A DNA stretch of 24,000 nt, taken from NCBI RefSeq assembly GCF_000009965.1, contig NC_006624.1:1933989-1957988 (forward strand), read 5' to 3'. The position numbers were made by a program, and so were the translations under genes. A model generated the notes under the pieces. The model made no database searches, had not been told where the DNA came from, and saw only the letters and a program-made list of their open reading frames with translations. Of the stretch, positions 13,904-22,773 are shown piece by piece (the first letter of the stretch is position 1; each line of letters starts with the position of its first letter). This DNA is from Thermococcus kodakarensis KOD1. GTDB taxonomy: Archaea; Methanobacteriota_B; Thermococci; Thermococcales; Thermococcaceae.

Positions 13904-15211
13904 ATGTTCACAATAGTCGCAAGAGCTAGAAAGGACGCGAAGGCTCTCCAGTACATAAACGAGCGTAACTATGGCGGCTTTCTCGAAGTTAAAAGCCTCG
14001 GCGGTGGGAGGAGCTTTGAGGAAATAGAGGATGGTCTTAACGAGGTTCTTGGAGAACCCTATATCCCTATATTCCTATTCGGTGAGAAAGAGAAGGCCCT
14101 CATGGAGGACATCCTTGAGGTTGTGAAGGAGAGCGAAAAGCCGTTCTACGCAAGGCTTTTGAGAACCAAGAAGGTCCGCAACATGCGCGTTGATGAGCTG
14201 TACGCCAACCTTGAGGAGATAAAGGCCCGCTTCAGGCTCGGAATCGAGTGGAAGAACGCTTACTCCCTCAATCCTGAAAATCCATTCGGGGTGGAAGTAC
14301 ACCCCGACTACGACATCTATCTGGCCGTTGGCGACGGTTTTAGAAAGGCCATGAAGTCCCTCCTTGACGTTGATCTCGGCGAGAACTCTCTCGTTCTCAG
14401 GAAGCTGATGAACCAGGAGGTTTACTTCTCGGGTCCGAATAAAGTTGCAGAGGTTAGCAAAAAGCTCGGCTTTCCGACCGAGGTTCTCTGGAGGTGTCCC
14501 TGCACGGAGGACGTTTCGCTTGAGGACCTGATGGCCGCCAACAGAGACTACATCGAGGCCTTTGCAAACGCGAGCAAAGAGTTTCTGAGGAGATTCAAAG
14601 GGTACGATATAGTTGTCCCCTGGAGCGGTGGAAAGGACTCCACGGCGGCCCTTATACTGGCAAAGGAAGCGTTTGGTGAAGTTAATGCTGTCTACGTCAG
14701 GATGGAGTACGAGATGCCAGAGACGGAGGAATACATCGAGAAGCTCGCAGGAAAGCTGGGCGTCAACCTCATCAGGGTGGACGTCCCGATGCCCATAGAG
14801 AAGTTCGGCATGCCAACCCATAGAAACCGCTGGTGCACCAAGATGAAGGTCGAGGCATTGTACAATGCCGTCAGCGAGTTTGAGAACCCACTTTTAGTCG
14901 TCGGTGACCGCGATGGAGAGAGTGCCAGGAGGCGCCTAAAGCCACCTGTAGTCGAGAGAAAAACTGACTTTGGCCAAATCCTTGAGGTTATGCCCATAAA
15001 GTTCTGGAGCGGAATGATGGTTCAGCTGTTCATCCTCATGAGGGGCTTTGATCTCCATCCGCTCTACTACGAGGGCTTCTACAGGCTCGGATGTACCGTC
15101 TGCCCGAGCCTTGCAGAATGGGAAGTCGAGCTTTTGAAAAGAAAAGGTGTGAAAGACCTCCCGCTCACCCACGCCTCCTCAGGAGCGGGAGAAGTGCGAG
15201 GGCGAGAATGA
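13904..15211 (+). CDS. PP-loop ATP pyrophosphatase of the PAPS-reductase family, with an uncharacterised N-terminal region of ~240 aa
   Basis: The PP-loop is VVPWSGGKDST (SGGKDS), and RNRWCTKMKVEAL plus GCTVCPS are typical of PAPS reductase-like proteins. The probable start is ATG 13904 (MFTIVARARKD...), about 25 nt downstream of a CTTTTAAG TATA-like element, so the mRNA may be leaderless. The track ORF from 13745 overlaps the M20 gene and its extension looks non-coding. Confidence 0.7.
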   Translation: MFTIVARARKDAKALQYINERNYGGFLEVKSLGGGRSFEEIEDGLNEVLGEPYIPIFLFGEKEKALMEDILEVVKESEKPFYARLLRTKKVRNMRVDELYANLEEIKARFRLGIEWKNAYSLNPENPFGVEVHPDYDIYLAVGDGFRKAMKSLLDVDLGENSLVLRKLMNQEVYFSGPNKVAEVSKKLGFPTEVLWRCPCTEDVSLEDLMAANRDYIEAFANASKEFLRRFKGYDIVVPWSGGKDSTAALILAKEAFGEVNAVYVRMEYEMPETEEYIEKLAGKLGVNLIRVDVPMPIEKFGMPTHRNRWCTKMKVEALYNAVSEFENPLLVVGDRDGESARRRLKPPVVERKTDFGQILEVMPIKFWSGMMVQLFILMRGFDLHPLYYEGFYRLGCTVCPSLAEWEVELLKRKGVKDLPLTHASSGAGEVRGRE

Positions 15212-17096
15212 AAGCTGGACCGCAGACCGATTGTATCCCTGAGCTTGTGGTACTTGTTGAGGTTGCGCTCGGCGTGGAAGTGGTTTCCCCGTTTGTGTTT
15301 GTATTGGTTGGCAAAGCTGGTATGGCAGTTTCGTTGCTTGGAACGTTTGGTGTGCTCTCGTTCACCTTTATCAGGAACACGCCCGCGCTTTCCCTTGCGT
15401 ACTGATAGAATATCATAGCGTTGACTAGGTCATCGGTTGTGTTGCCCTTCTCGTAGCTCTCTGCGAACTCGTAGTAGGCTATGGAGAGGAGCGGATGTAG
15501 TCCGTTCATCTGCGCTACCCCTATGGCGGTCTTCGCGGCCTCTTTCATCTCTTGTAGCTTCTCCCTCAGAATGGTCTCGTTGTCTATGCCGAGGGTGTCT
15601 AGGAACACCTCCCCGCGAACCCTCGCTTCCATGGCGGTGAAGATTGCCGCTGAGTACTTTCCGTCCCCGTAGTACTGCTCCGCCTTTTGAATCGTGTCCA
15701 TTAGATCAGTTCCTATGACGTTCCCATACATGGACTCAATGTAGGTCACTATGAGGTTCGACTCGTCTATGTAGTTTCTTGCAGTGTCTTTGAGCTCTTC
15801 CCTATCTATAACATCACCCGTTGCAAACCTCTCGCCCAGTCCTGCCCAGAAGCGCGCAGTCTGCGCTCTCTCGTAGGCATAGGCGGCTCTGTCAATGGCA
15901 TTCCAGTAGTCGGCGCTGTAGTAGTACTTCCACCCCTCTTGTAGGCTTGCCTTGGCGTCCTCTACCCTCTCCTCTGCGGCGGCAACCGCCTGGAGCATCG
16001 TCATTCCCCTTATTTCCTTGGACGAGACGAGGCTTTCGGTCTGGTTTATGTAAGAGTTCACACTAGTCAGGAGGTTCGCAACGTCCTCCGGGCTCTCAAC
16101 GCTGATGTACCAGTCGACGTGCCTCAGGACTATTCTCGCCTGAAAGTTCTTGCTGAGGGCCGTGTAATACATTCCAGAGTCCAAGGCTTCTTTAGCGCCG
16201 TCGAGTATGACCTTAGCCTGGTCCAGGGCCTCTTTGAGGACTGTATATGCCGTGTAGTCAACGTTGCTCTTTTTGAGCTTCTCCCTGACGCTCTCGTAGT
16301 AAGCGGTGGTGTTCTGATAGTCCTTAACGGCATCGTCCTTGAGGAAGGAGGTGTCTATGAAGACGTTGGCTGGTGCCTTCGGCTTCGGGAGCGCGTGGCC
16401 GGTGAAGTAATAGACGGCCTCGTATATGTCGCTTACTTCCTTAACCTCGAGGCCCCAGCGCTCCTTTGCGTATTCGACTACATCAACCTTTTCGCTCTTC
16501 GTCTGTACAACCTGAACTATTCCACCTATGGTTTTCTGCTGGGTCTCTTGGATGACCTGAATCCTCTGGCCTTTGGGGATGAGGAAAAGCTTTGCCCCGA
16601 CCGAAGCGGCCGCTGAAGCCTTTTCAAGGATTCCACCGACGGGGCCTATCGTTCCGTCAGGGTTTATCATTCCAGTCATCATCACCTTGGGGTTTACCTC
16701 CCACCCCATGAGAGCTGCGATTATACCCACTGTCATTGTTCCTCCTGCCGATGGCCCGCCTATGATCGGAGTGTCCGTTTTGACCTGTATGAAGACGTCG
16801 TACTTGCTCATGTCCTTGCCAGTCACCTTTCCAGCTATTTGGGCCGCCAGCCTCGCGCTTGCCTGCATGTCAACCTCTGAGAGAGGCCAGGTCTCGACGT
16901 AAACGTGCCCGCTACCAGGAGCGACGGTTATCACGAAGTCCGTTGCGACACCGACGAGCCGTCCATCCGGGGTTTTTGAGACTGCCGGCGCCTTCAGGAC
17001 AACTGTGGTTCCCTCTGAGGGACACTGCGCCTTCACTGGGGTTAAGAACGACGCTATGAGGAACACTGCCAGCAGGATTGATAACGCTCGTTTCAT
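15165..17096 (-). CDS. Secreted S16 (Lon C-terminal-like) serine protease with a helical C-terminal domain, a Thr/Ser-rich linker and a CGP-CTERM-type membrane anchor
   Basis: The likely start is ATG 17096 (MKRALSILLAVFLIASFLTPVKAQ, a signal peptide), preceded by a GGTGGTGA ribosome-binding site. The Lon-type catalytic motif is IIGGPSAGGTMT. The linker is NTNTNGETTSTPSATSTSTTSSG. The C-terminus is VCGPAFILALALLPLLRRRG. The 52-codon upstream extension in the track has no ribosome-binding site. Confidence 0.75.
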   Translation of the reverse strand: MKRALSILLAVFLIASFLTPVKAQCPSEGTTVVLKAPAVSKTPDGRLVGVATDFVITVAPGSGHVYVETWPLSEVDMQASARLAAQIAGKVTGKDMSKYDVFIQVKTDTPIIGGPSAGGTMTVGIIAALMGWEVNPKVMMTGMINPDGTIGPVGGILEKASAAASVGAKLFLIPKGQRIQVIQETQQKTIGGIVQVVQTKSEKVDVVEYAKERWGLEVKEVSDIYEAVYYFTGHALPKPKAPANVFIDTSFLKDDAVKDYQNTTAYYESVREKLKKSNVDYTAYTVLKEALDQAKVILDGAKEALDSGMYYTALSKNFQARIVLRHVDWYISVESPEDVANLLTSVNSYINQTESLVSSKEIRGMTMLQAVAAAEERVEDAKASLQEGWKYYYSADYWNAIDRAAYAYERAQTARFWAGLGERFATGDVIDREELKDTARNYIDESNLIVTYIESMYGNVIGTDLMDTIQKAEQYYGDGKYSAAIFTAMEARVRGEVFLDTLGIDNETILREKLQEMKEAAKTAIGVAQMNGLHPLLSIAYYEFAESYEKGNTTDDLVNAMIFYQYARESAGVFLIKVNESTPNVPSNETAIPALPTNTNTNGETTSTPSATSTSTTSSGIQSVCGPAFILALALLPLLRRRG

Positions 17097-17201
17097 AATC
17101 ACCACCAGAACCTTGGTAGTTTTTAACCGTATAAGCTCTTCGGTTTTTAGGCTGGCAAAATGATATAAACCCAGCTCCGGACTGCCTCCAGGTGAGACGA
17201 G

Positions 17202-18569
17202 ATGGAAGTTGAGAGACTCATCAGGTCTGCGGAAGAGCTGGCGAGAAAGCACGGTATTGGTTATTATGAAATCAGGATTTCAAGGGTGGTCATGACCGAG
17301 GTGTCCATGAGCAACGGTCAGCTCAGGGGGCTTTCCAGTAACTCCGAGACGGGAATAGGCGCGAGGGCCTTCAACGGAGCGTGGGGATTCTCAAGCGCAA
17401 ACGACTTTGAAAGGTTTGAGAAAGCGATAGAAACAGCCATGAAAATAGCCAAGCTCTCCCGGGGAGAGTCAAAGATATACACTGGCGATCCCGTTGTTGA
17501 TGATGCCGAGATGCCCGTGAAAAGGCCCTTCTCCGATATAAACATTGAAGAAAAGGTTGCCCTTGTGAAGGAGACCGATTCCATGCTGACTGGCGAGAGA
17601 ATAGTGAACAGGAACGTCTCTTACCGCGATACTGTTGTGGAAACCTTCTATTTCAACTCCCTGGGGAGCGAGATAAGGACGGTTGTTCCCAGGATACGCT
17701 TCGGGTTTTCCGTAACTGCGAAGGAGAACGGGGAGATGCAGCAGTACTGGAAGAGCTTCGGGGGAACGCTGGGCTGGGAGATGGTTGAGGGAATTGACAT
17801 TTCTCACTGGACTTCCCTGGTAGTTGAAAAAGCGAGGGCGCTGTTAAAAGCCAGTTCTCCCCCGTCGGGCGAGTTCCAGGTGATAGCCGACCCGGAGCTT
17901 ACGGGCCTCTTCATCCATGAGGCGCTTGGACACGCAGTCGAGGCAGACCTCGTGAAGAACGGGGACAGCATTTTGGCCGGAAAACTCGGACAGAAGATAG
18001 CGGTTGATGGGCTTACAGTCGTTGATGACCCAACCCTCCCGGGCAAGTTCGGCTCCTACATCTACGACGACGAGGGAATAAGGGCCAAGAGGGTTGAGAT
18101 TATTCGCGACGGCGTCCTGGTGAACTACCTCAACGACCGCGAGACGGCCCAGTACTTCGGCCTTGAGCCGAACGGCCACGGGAGGGCGCAGAGCTATGCC
18201 CACCAGCCCCTCGTAAGGATGGGCAACACATACGTCGAAGCTGGCGACTGGTCGTTCGAGGAAATGCTTGAGGAGGTCAAATACGGGCTTTATATGATAG
18301 GCGACAAGGGAGGACAGGTGGATACCGCCAACGGAACCTTCACCTTCGGTGCGAGGGAAGGCTACATAATCGAGAACGGCGAGCTTAGGAAGATGGTGCG
18401 CGACGTTGCCCTCTCGGGAAAAATCCTTGACGTTCTCAAGAGCATCCGCGCCATTGGAAAGGACGTCAGGATTGAGTACCCTGGATACTGCGGCAAGGGG
18501 CAGTCGGTTCCCGTGGATGATGGCGGCCCGCACCTACTCACGAAGGCCCTTGTGGGGGGATTGAAATGA
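17202..18569 (+). CDS. tldD: TldD family zinc metalloprotease
   Basis: 455 aa with the HExxxH motif in LFIHEALGHAVEADL and a typical TldD C-terminus GKGQSVPVDDGGPHLL. Its stop overlaps the start of the downstream pmbA-like gene (ATGA at 18566-18569). Confidence 0.88.
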   Translation: MEVERLIRSAEELARKHGIGYYEIRISRVVMTEVSMSNGQLRGLSSNSETGIGARAFNGAWGFSSANDFERFEKAIETAMKIAKLSRGESKIYTGDPVVDDAEMPVKRPFSDINIEEKVALVKETDSMLTGERIVNRNVSYRDTVVETFYFNSLGSEIRTVVPRIRFGFSVTAKENGEMQQYWKSFGGTLGWEMVEGIDISHWTSLVVEKARALLKASSPPSGEFQVIADPELTGLFIHEALGHAVEADLVKNGDSILAGKLGQKIAVDGLTVVDDPTLPGKFGSYIYDDEGIRAKRVEIIRDGVLVNYLNDRETAQYFGLEPNGHGRAQSYAHQPLVRMGNTYVEAGDWSFEEMLEEVKYGLYMIGDKGGQVDTANGTFTFGAREGYIIENGELRKMVRDVALSGKILDVLKSIRAIGKDVRIEYPGYCGKGQSVPVDDGGPHLLTKALVGGLK

Positions 18570-19855
18570 TCGATGTCATTGAGAGCCTCGCTGAAATCCT
18601 GAACTCAAAGGACGTTGAATGGGAAATCTACTGGGAGAGCGGGAGGAGCGGTTCCTTCAGGATAGAGCGTGAGACCCTCGACCGCTCTCAGAGGAAGTTC
18701 TACTCCGGCATTGGCCTAAGGGTGGGACTGAACGGAAAGCTCGGCTTCTCTTATATAACTGGCATCCACCACTCTCGTTCAGAGCTTGAAAAGTTCGTGG
18801 AGCGGACGATAAAGCTGGCCAAGGTAAGTGAGGTTCCTTTCAGGGGTTTCCCCGTTCCATCTAAAGTTCCCGAGGTCAAGGGAATATACGACAGAAAGAT
18901 CGAAGAAATACCCTTTGAGGATGCCCACGCTCTCGCGCTCCAGTACGCTGAGAAAATGAGGGAGCTGAAGGAAAAAGAGACCCTTTCGGGCTCGATCTCC
19001 CTGGCCTTTGAGAGGTATGGTGTCGTGAACTCCAACGGAGTTGAGCTTGAAGCCTCTTCAACGTACATGGGGGTCTCTGCCTACGCGGTCAGGGAGGACA
19101 CTCCAGGAAACGGGTCGTTCTACCAGAGCTACCGCTCCCTCCAGGGCATCGAAGCCCTTGAAGAGGCCATAATGAAAGCGAAGGAGGATGCAGAGCTAAG
19201 CGCCAGGGCGAAGAGGCTTGAACCCTACGAGGGAGAAGTAGTGCTGGAGCCAGAGGCCGTCCTGTCCATTGTGGAAGTCCTCCTTGAGAACTTCTACGGT
19301 GATGAGGTTTACTACGGCAGGAGCAGGTTTTCCAGCTTCGGAGATAGGGTAGCTTCAGAGGACTTTACCCTCCTGGACGATTCAACGCTCGAAGGCCTTC
19401 CGGGAAGCTACCCCTTCGACGGCGAGGGCACTCCTGGGCAGAGAACCACACTGATTGAGAACGGTATTCTAAAGGGCTTTCTCCTCGACCATACTTACGC
19501 CTCCCTGCTCGGACTTAAGAGTACTGGAAACGCAGTTAGAAGCTTCAGGACTGTTCCATCAATAGGATCGAGTAACCTCGTGGTCGAACCTGGGAAAGAA
19601 GGCCTGGAGGACTTTGAAGGGATAATCATAAAGAACGTCTTCGGTGAGCACACCGCCAATCCGGTCAGCGGTGACTTTTCACTTCCAGTTGGTCTCGGCT
19701 ACGTTGTCAGAGATGGAGAGCTCGTTCCCTTCAAAGACAACATGCTCGTGGGCAACGTCTTTGATCTCCTAAAGACGGCCGAGCCTGGAAAGGCCATTAA
19801 AAGAATCTCCTCATTTATGGCTCCGAGGGTTAAGGTTCACGCAAAGATTGTTTAA
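18566..19855 (+). CDS. pmbA: PmbA/TldE family protein (partner of TldD)
   Basis: 429 aa, a paralogue-like TldD/PmbA fold without HExxxH (GxFxxP-type C-terminal region: NPVSGDFSLPVGLGYVV). Translationally coupled to tldD. Confidence 0.85.
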   Translation: MIDVIESLAEILNSKDVEWEIYWESGRSGSFRIERETLDRSQRKFYSGIGLRVGLNGKLGFSYITGIHHSRSELEKFVERTIKLAKVSEVPFRGFPVPSKVPEVKGIYDRKIEEIPFEDAHALALQYAEKMRELKEKETLSGSISLAFERYGVVNSNGVELEASSTYMGVSAYAVREDTPGNGSFYQSYRSLQGIEALEEAIMKAKEDAELSARAKRLEPYEGEVVLEPEAVLSIVEVLLENFYGDEVYYGRSRFSSFGDRVASEDFTLLDDSTLEGLPGSYPFDGEGTPGQRTTLIENGILKGFLLDHTYASLLGLKSTGNAVRSFRTVPSIGSSNLVVEPGKEGLEDFEGIIIKNVFGEHTANPVSGDFSLPVGLGYVVRDGELVPFKDNMLVGNVFDLLKTAEPGKAIKRISSFMAPRVKVHAKIV

Positions 19856-19916
19856 TTATTTGAACAATCTTCCGAGTTTCGATACTTTTTTATATTTCCT
19901 CGTTAAGTAACCACAG

Positions 19917-20585
19917 GTGGTTGACGTGTCAGTGCTAAATCTCCGTGAGTTCTTGTCTGCCTTTTACCCCGGCGAGACAGTGATGATTGAGTACGACACG
20001 GTTTCAATGCCCGAAGTGCTGTTCTACCTCATATACCTGAACAGGGAAAACCGACCGGTGCTCATTGACGACGTTGCGGATACTCTCTGCGAGACTCTCA
20101 CCAAACTTGAGTTCATGGGTTTTGACGTTTCCGGGTTCAACGATGTGCCCGTTATTAAAATAGGCGGTGGGGAAAGAAACTGCGGCAACGTCCTCGGCGA
20201 GGTTGACGTTGACAGGTATTCTCTGGATATAAGCTACTACGGCAGGATAGTTGAGAAGGCGTCCTTCAATGACGTCGTTCTAAACCCAGTTCTCGGAGTC
20301 CACAAGCTCTTCCTGGCTCTCGAAAGGAGGGGGGCCCTCAGGCTCGTCAAGAACATAGCAACGTTTGAGGGCGACAAGAGGAGAATAGCCTTTTACTTCA
20401 TCAACCGGGACGTGGTTGAGATGTCTTACCCCGAGCTTCTGCCTCTCCTAGAGGAGATTGCAAGCACGGTGATGAACTGGTCCTTTGAGGGTGAAGAATT
20501 CGTGCTTTACGTTTCAAAGTCCGCAAACCTGAATATTATGGGGAAAGGAATCTCTTTTACCCTCGATGAAATCTCTTCCCTTTAG
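19917..20585 (+). CDS. Hypothetical protein, conserved-archaeal type; function unknown
   Basis: A ~220-aa ORF with host-typical composition. TATA-like CTTTTTTATATTT at ~19883-19895 and an AGGTGG ribosome-binding site at 19915-19920. The true start may be GTG 19926 rather than GTG 19917, because the latter lies inside the ribosome-binding site. I recognise no catalytic motifs. Confidence 0.55.
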   Translation: MVDVSVLNLREFLSAFYPGETVMIEYDTVSMPEVLFYLIYLNRENRPVLIDDVADTLCETLTKLEFMGFDVSGFNDVPVIKIGGGERNCGNVLGEVDVDRYSLDISYYGRIVEKASFNDVVLNPVLGVHKLFLALERRGALRLVKNIATFEGDKRRIAFYFINRDVVEMSYPELLPLLEEIASTVMNWSFEGEEFVLYVSKSANLNIMGKGISFTLDEISSL

Positions 20586-20610
20586 CCCAAAGCTTTTAAC
20601 TGCCCTCTCT

Positions 20611-20627
20611 TATCACTTCTGGTGATA
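20611..20627 (+). promoter_or_regulatory. Perfect TGM operator TATCAC-TTCTG-GTGATA between the TATA box and the start codon of the GH13 gene
   Basis: Exact match to TATCAC-N5-GTGATA, ending 2 nt before ATG 20630. A CTTTTAAC TATA-like element at ~20593-20600 puts the predicted transcription start inside the operator. Confidence 0.75.
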
Positions 20628-20629
20628 CA

Positions 20630-22771
20630 ATGGGGAGACTGGTCTCGGTAGTGCTGATAGTCCTACTCCTTACTCCCATCGCCTCTGCCTGGGAAGTTCC
20701 CGAGCGGGGGATAATATACCAGGTCATGGTGGATCGATTTTACGACGGCAACACCTCAAACAACGAACCGTTCTACGATCCGACTCACTCCAACTACCGC
20801 CTCTACTGGGGTGGAGATTTAGAGGGCCTCATTGAGAAGCTCGACTACATCAAGAGCCTTGGAGTCTCAATGATATGGGTCTCGCCGCTCAACGACAACA
20901 TCAACTCCCTCGCCTACGGGAGCGCTCCCTATCACGGCTACTGGACGAGGGACTACAAGAGAATAGAGGAGCACTTTGGGGGCTGGGAGGACTTCAGGCG
21001 GCTCGTTAAGGAGGCCAAAAAGCGGGGAATCTGCATAATCGTTGACTACGTGCCCAACCACTCGAACCCGGTGAACTACGGTGAATATGGTGCCCTCTAC
21101 GACAACGGCACCTTCCTGACGGACTACTTCAAGGACACGAAGAACGCTGAAGTGAACCCGATTACCGGAATCCGTGAGAACGTCTACCACCACAACGGCA
21201 ACATCTACACCTGGAGCGGGATACCGCTTAAGTACGCAAACCTCTATGGCCTCGCCGATTTCAACCAGCTCAACCCGTGGGTGGATTCATACCTCACCGA
21301 GGGGGCCATGCTCTTCGTTGACTCGGGCGCCTGCGGCCTCAGAATAGACGCCGTAAAGCACATGGAGCTCGGCTGGCTCGAGACATTTTACCTCCGCCTC
21401 TACTCCAAGGGGCCGCTCTTCATCTACGGCGAGTACTTCACTCCCTCTCTCCAGAAGGGCGATGACCTCTACGAGTTCTACCGCTACTCGAACGTCTCCC
21501 CGGTTCTCAGTATTCCAATCAGAGAGGACATTGTGAGGATCTTCGCCTTCTTCGGCGGTCTCGACAAGCTCTCCGAGGAGCTTGGAGATTATTACTCCCA
21601 CTTCGTCTATCCAACAAAGGCTGTGAACTTTCTCGACAGCCACGACCTCGTCCGCTTTTTAAACGCTGGCGATAGAAAAGACGAAATTCAGCGCTTTCAC
21701 ATGGCTCTTGCATTAACCCTAACTCTGCCGGGGATTCCTGTAATCTACTACGGCGACGAGAGCTACCTCGTTAGCAAGGACGGAAAGGGCGATCCCTACA
21801 ACAGGCCGACGATGGTCTTCGACAACACCACCGAAGCTTCCAGAATAATCCGCACTCTTGGGGGGCTGAGAAAGACCAACGACGCCCTTGTCTTCGGCGA
21901 CTTCATGACTGTAACAGCATCCTACGAGACCTGGGCCTTTGAAAGAACCTTTGGGAACCACAGCCTTCTCGTGGTCATGAACAAGGGGCCTGCGGTCAAC
22001 CTGACTTTCTCCGTAGACTGGCCCGATGGTAACTACCGCGACGCCCTCTACGGTGGAGAAATGGTCGTGTCGGGCGGGAAGGCTTCTGTTTATCTTCCAC
22101 GGGACAGCGTCTACGTCTTTCACATCGAGGGGGAACAGAAAAAGCCACTTATCGGCTCAATAACTCCCTATGCCGCCCGGCCTGGCCAGGAGATAGTAAT
22201 CGGAGGTGCAGGGTTTGGAAAGGGTGGCAAGGTCATAATCGGCGGTAGGGAAGCAAAGGTTCTTTCCTGGGAAGACGGGAAGATAGTCGTTGAAGTCCCC
22301 AGGCTGGAGACCTCGGCGGCCTGGGTGAACGTTACGGTCGTTTCAGACGGAGGGAGAAGTCCCCCGAGGCCTCTCCGCTACTACTCAGGAAACGACGTTC
22401 CCGCGCTCATAGCCCTCAACGCCAGCCTCGTGGGGGAGGTCTCTGGGACGCTGTGGCTTAGCGGCGACCTTCCAGAGCTTGGAGAACCAAGGCCGCTCCT
22501 GAAGTCGTCAATGGGCTACTACTTCACGGTTGCTCCACTACCAGAAGGCGTGCCGTTCTCAGTCAGGCTCTACGAGGGAAAAGCCTGGGGCGCTTTAAGG
22601 CCGCTGAACTTAACCCTCTACGGCGTTGGGAACAGAACCGTTACCCTTACTGAGAAACCGCCCGGGGTTTCAGAGGGGCAAAAAGCTGGCCAGAAAGATG
22701 TTGCTCTCTATGCTCTCTCAGTGGTTATGATAGCGGCCTTGATTGCAGTAGTATGGAAACGAAAAGGGTGA
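20630..22771 (+). CDS. GH13 alpha-amylase-family enzyme (cyclomaltodextrin glucanotransferase-like) with a signal peptide, an IPT/TIG-like domain and a C-terminal transmembrane anchor
   Basis: 713 aa. GH13 regions: I VDYVPNH, II GLRIDAVKHM, III IYGEYF, IV FLDSHD. Signal peptide: MGRLVSVVLIVLLLTPIASA. IPT-like segment: GSITPYAARPGQEIVIGGAGFG...VTVVSDGG. C-terminal helix: VALYALSVVMIAALIAVVWKRKG. The size matches my recollection of the T. kodakarensis CGTase (unverified). Confidence 0.85.
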   Translation: MGRLVSVVLIVLLLTPIASAWEVPERGIIYQVMVDRFYDGNTSNNEPFYDPTHSNYRLYWGGDLEGLIEKLDYIKSLGVSMIWVSPLNDNINSLAYGSAPYHGYWTRDYKRIEEHFGGWEDFRRLVKEAKKRGICIIVDYVPNHSNPVNYGEYGALYDNGTFLTDYFKDTKNAEVNPITGIRENVYHHNGNIYTWSGIPLKYANLYGLADFNQLNPWVDSYLTEGAMLFVDSGACGLRIDAVKHMELGWLETFYLRLYSKGPLFIYGEYFTPSLQKGDDLYEFYRYSNVSPVLSIPIREDIVRIFAFFGGLDKLSEELGDYYSHFVYPTKAVNFLDSHDLVRFLNAGDRKDEIQRFHMALALTLTLPGIPVIYYGDESYLVSKDGKGDPYNRPTMVFDNTTEASRIIRTLGGLRKTNDALVFGDFMTVTASYETWAFERTFGNHSLLVVMNKGPAVNLTFSVDWPDGNYRDALYGGEMVVSGGKASVYLPRDSVYVFHIEGEQKKPLIGSITPYAARPGQEIVIGGAGFGKGGKVIIGGREAKVLSWEDGKIVVEVPRLETSAAWVNVTVVSDGGRSPPRPLRYYSGNDVPALIALNASLVGEVSGTLWLSGDLPELGEPRPLLKSSMGYYFTVAPLPEGVPFSVRLYEGKAWGALRPLNLTLYGVGNRTVTLTEKPPGVSEGQKAGQKDVALYALSVVMIAALIAVVWKRKG

Positions 22772-22773
22772 AG

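Noticed and set aside
17202-19855. TldD/PmbA as the missing leader peptidase of the candidate RiPP locus (by analogy with microcin B17 processing)
   Set aside because: The pair lies about 10 kb away, separated by unrelated housekeeping genes on both strands. To my knowledge TldD/PmbA pairs are widespread in archaea regardless of RiPP content. Nothing in the sequence links them to the locus, so the proximity is most likely coincidental.
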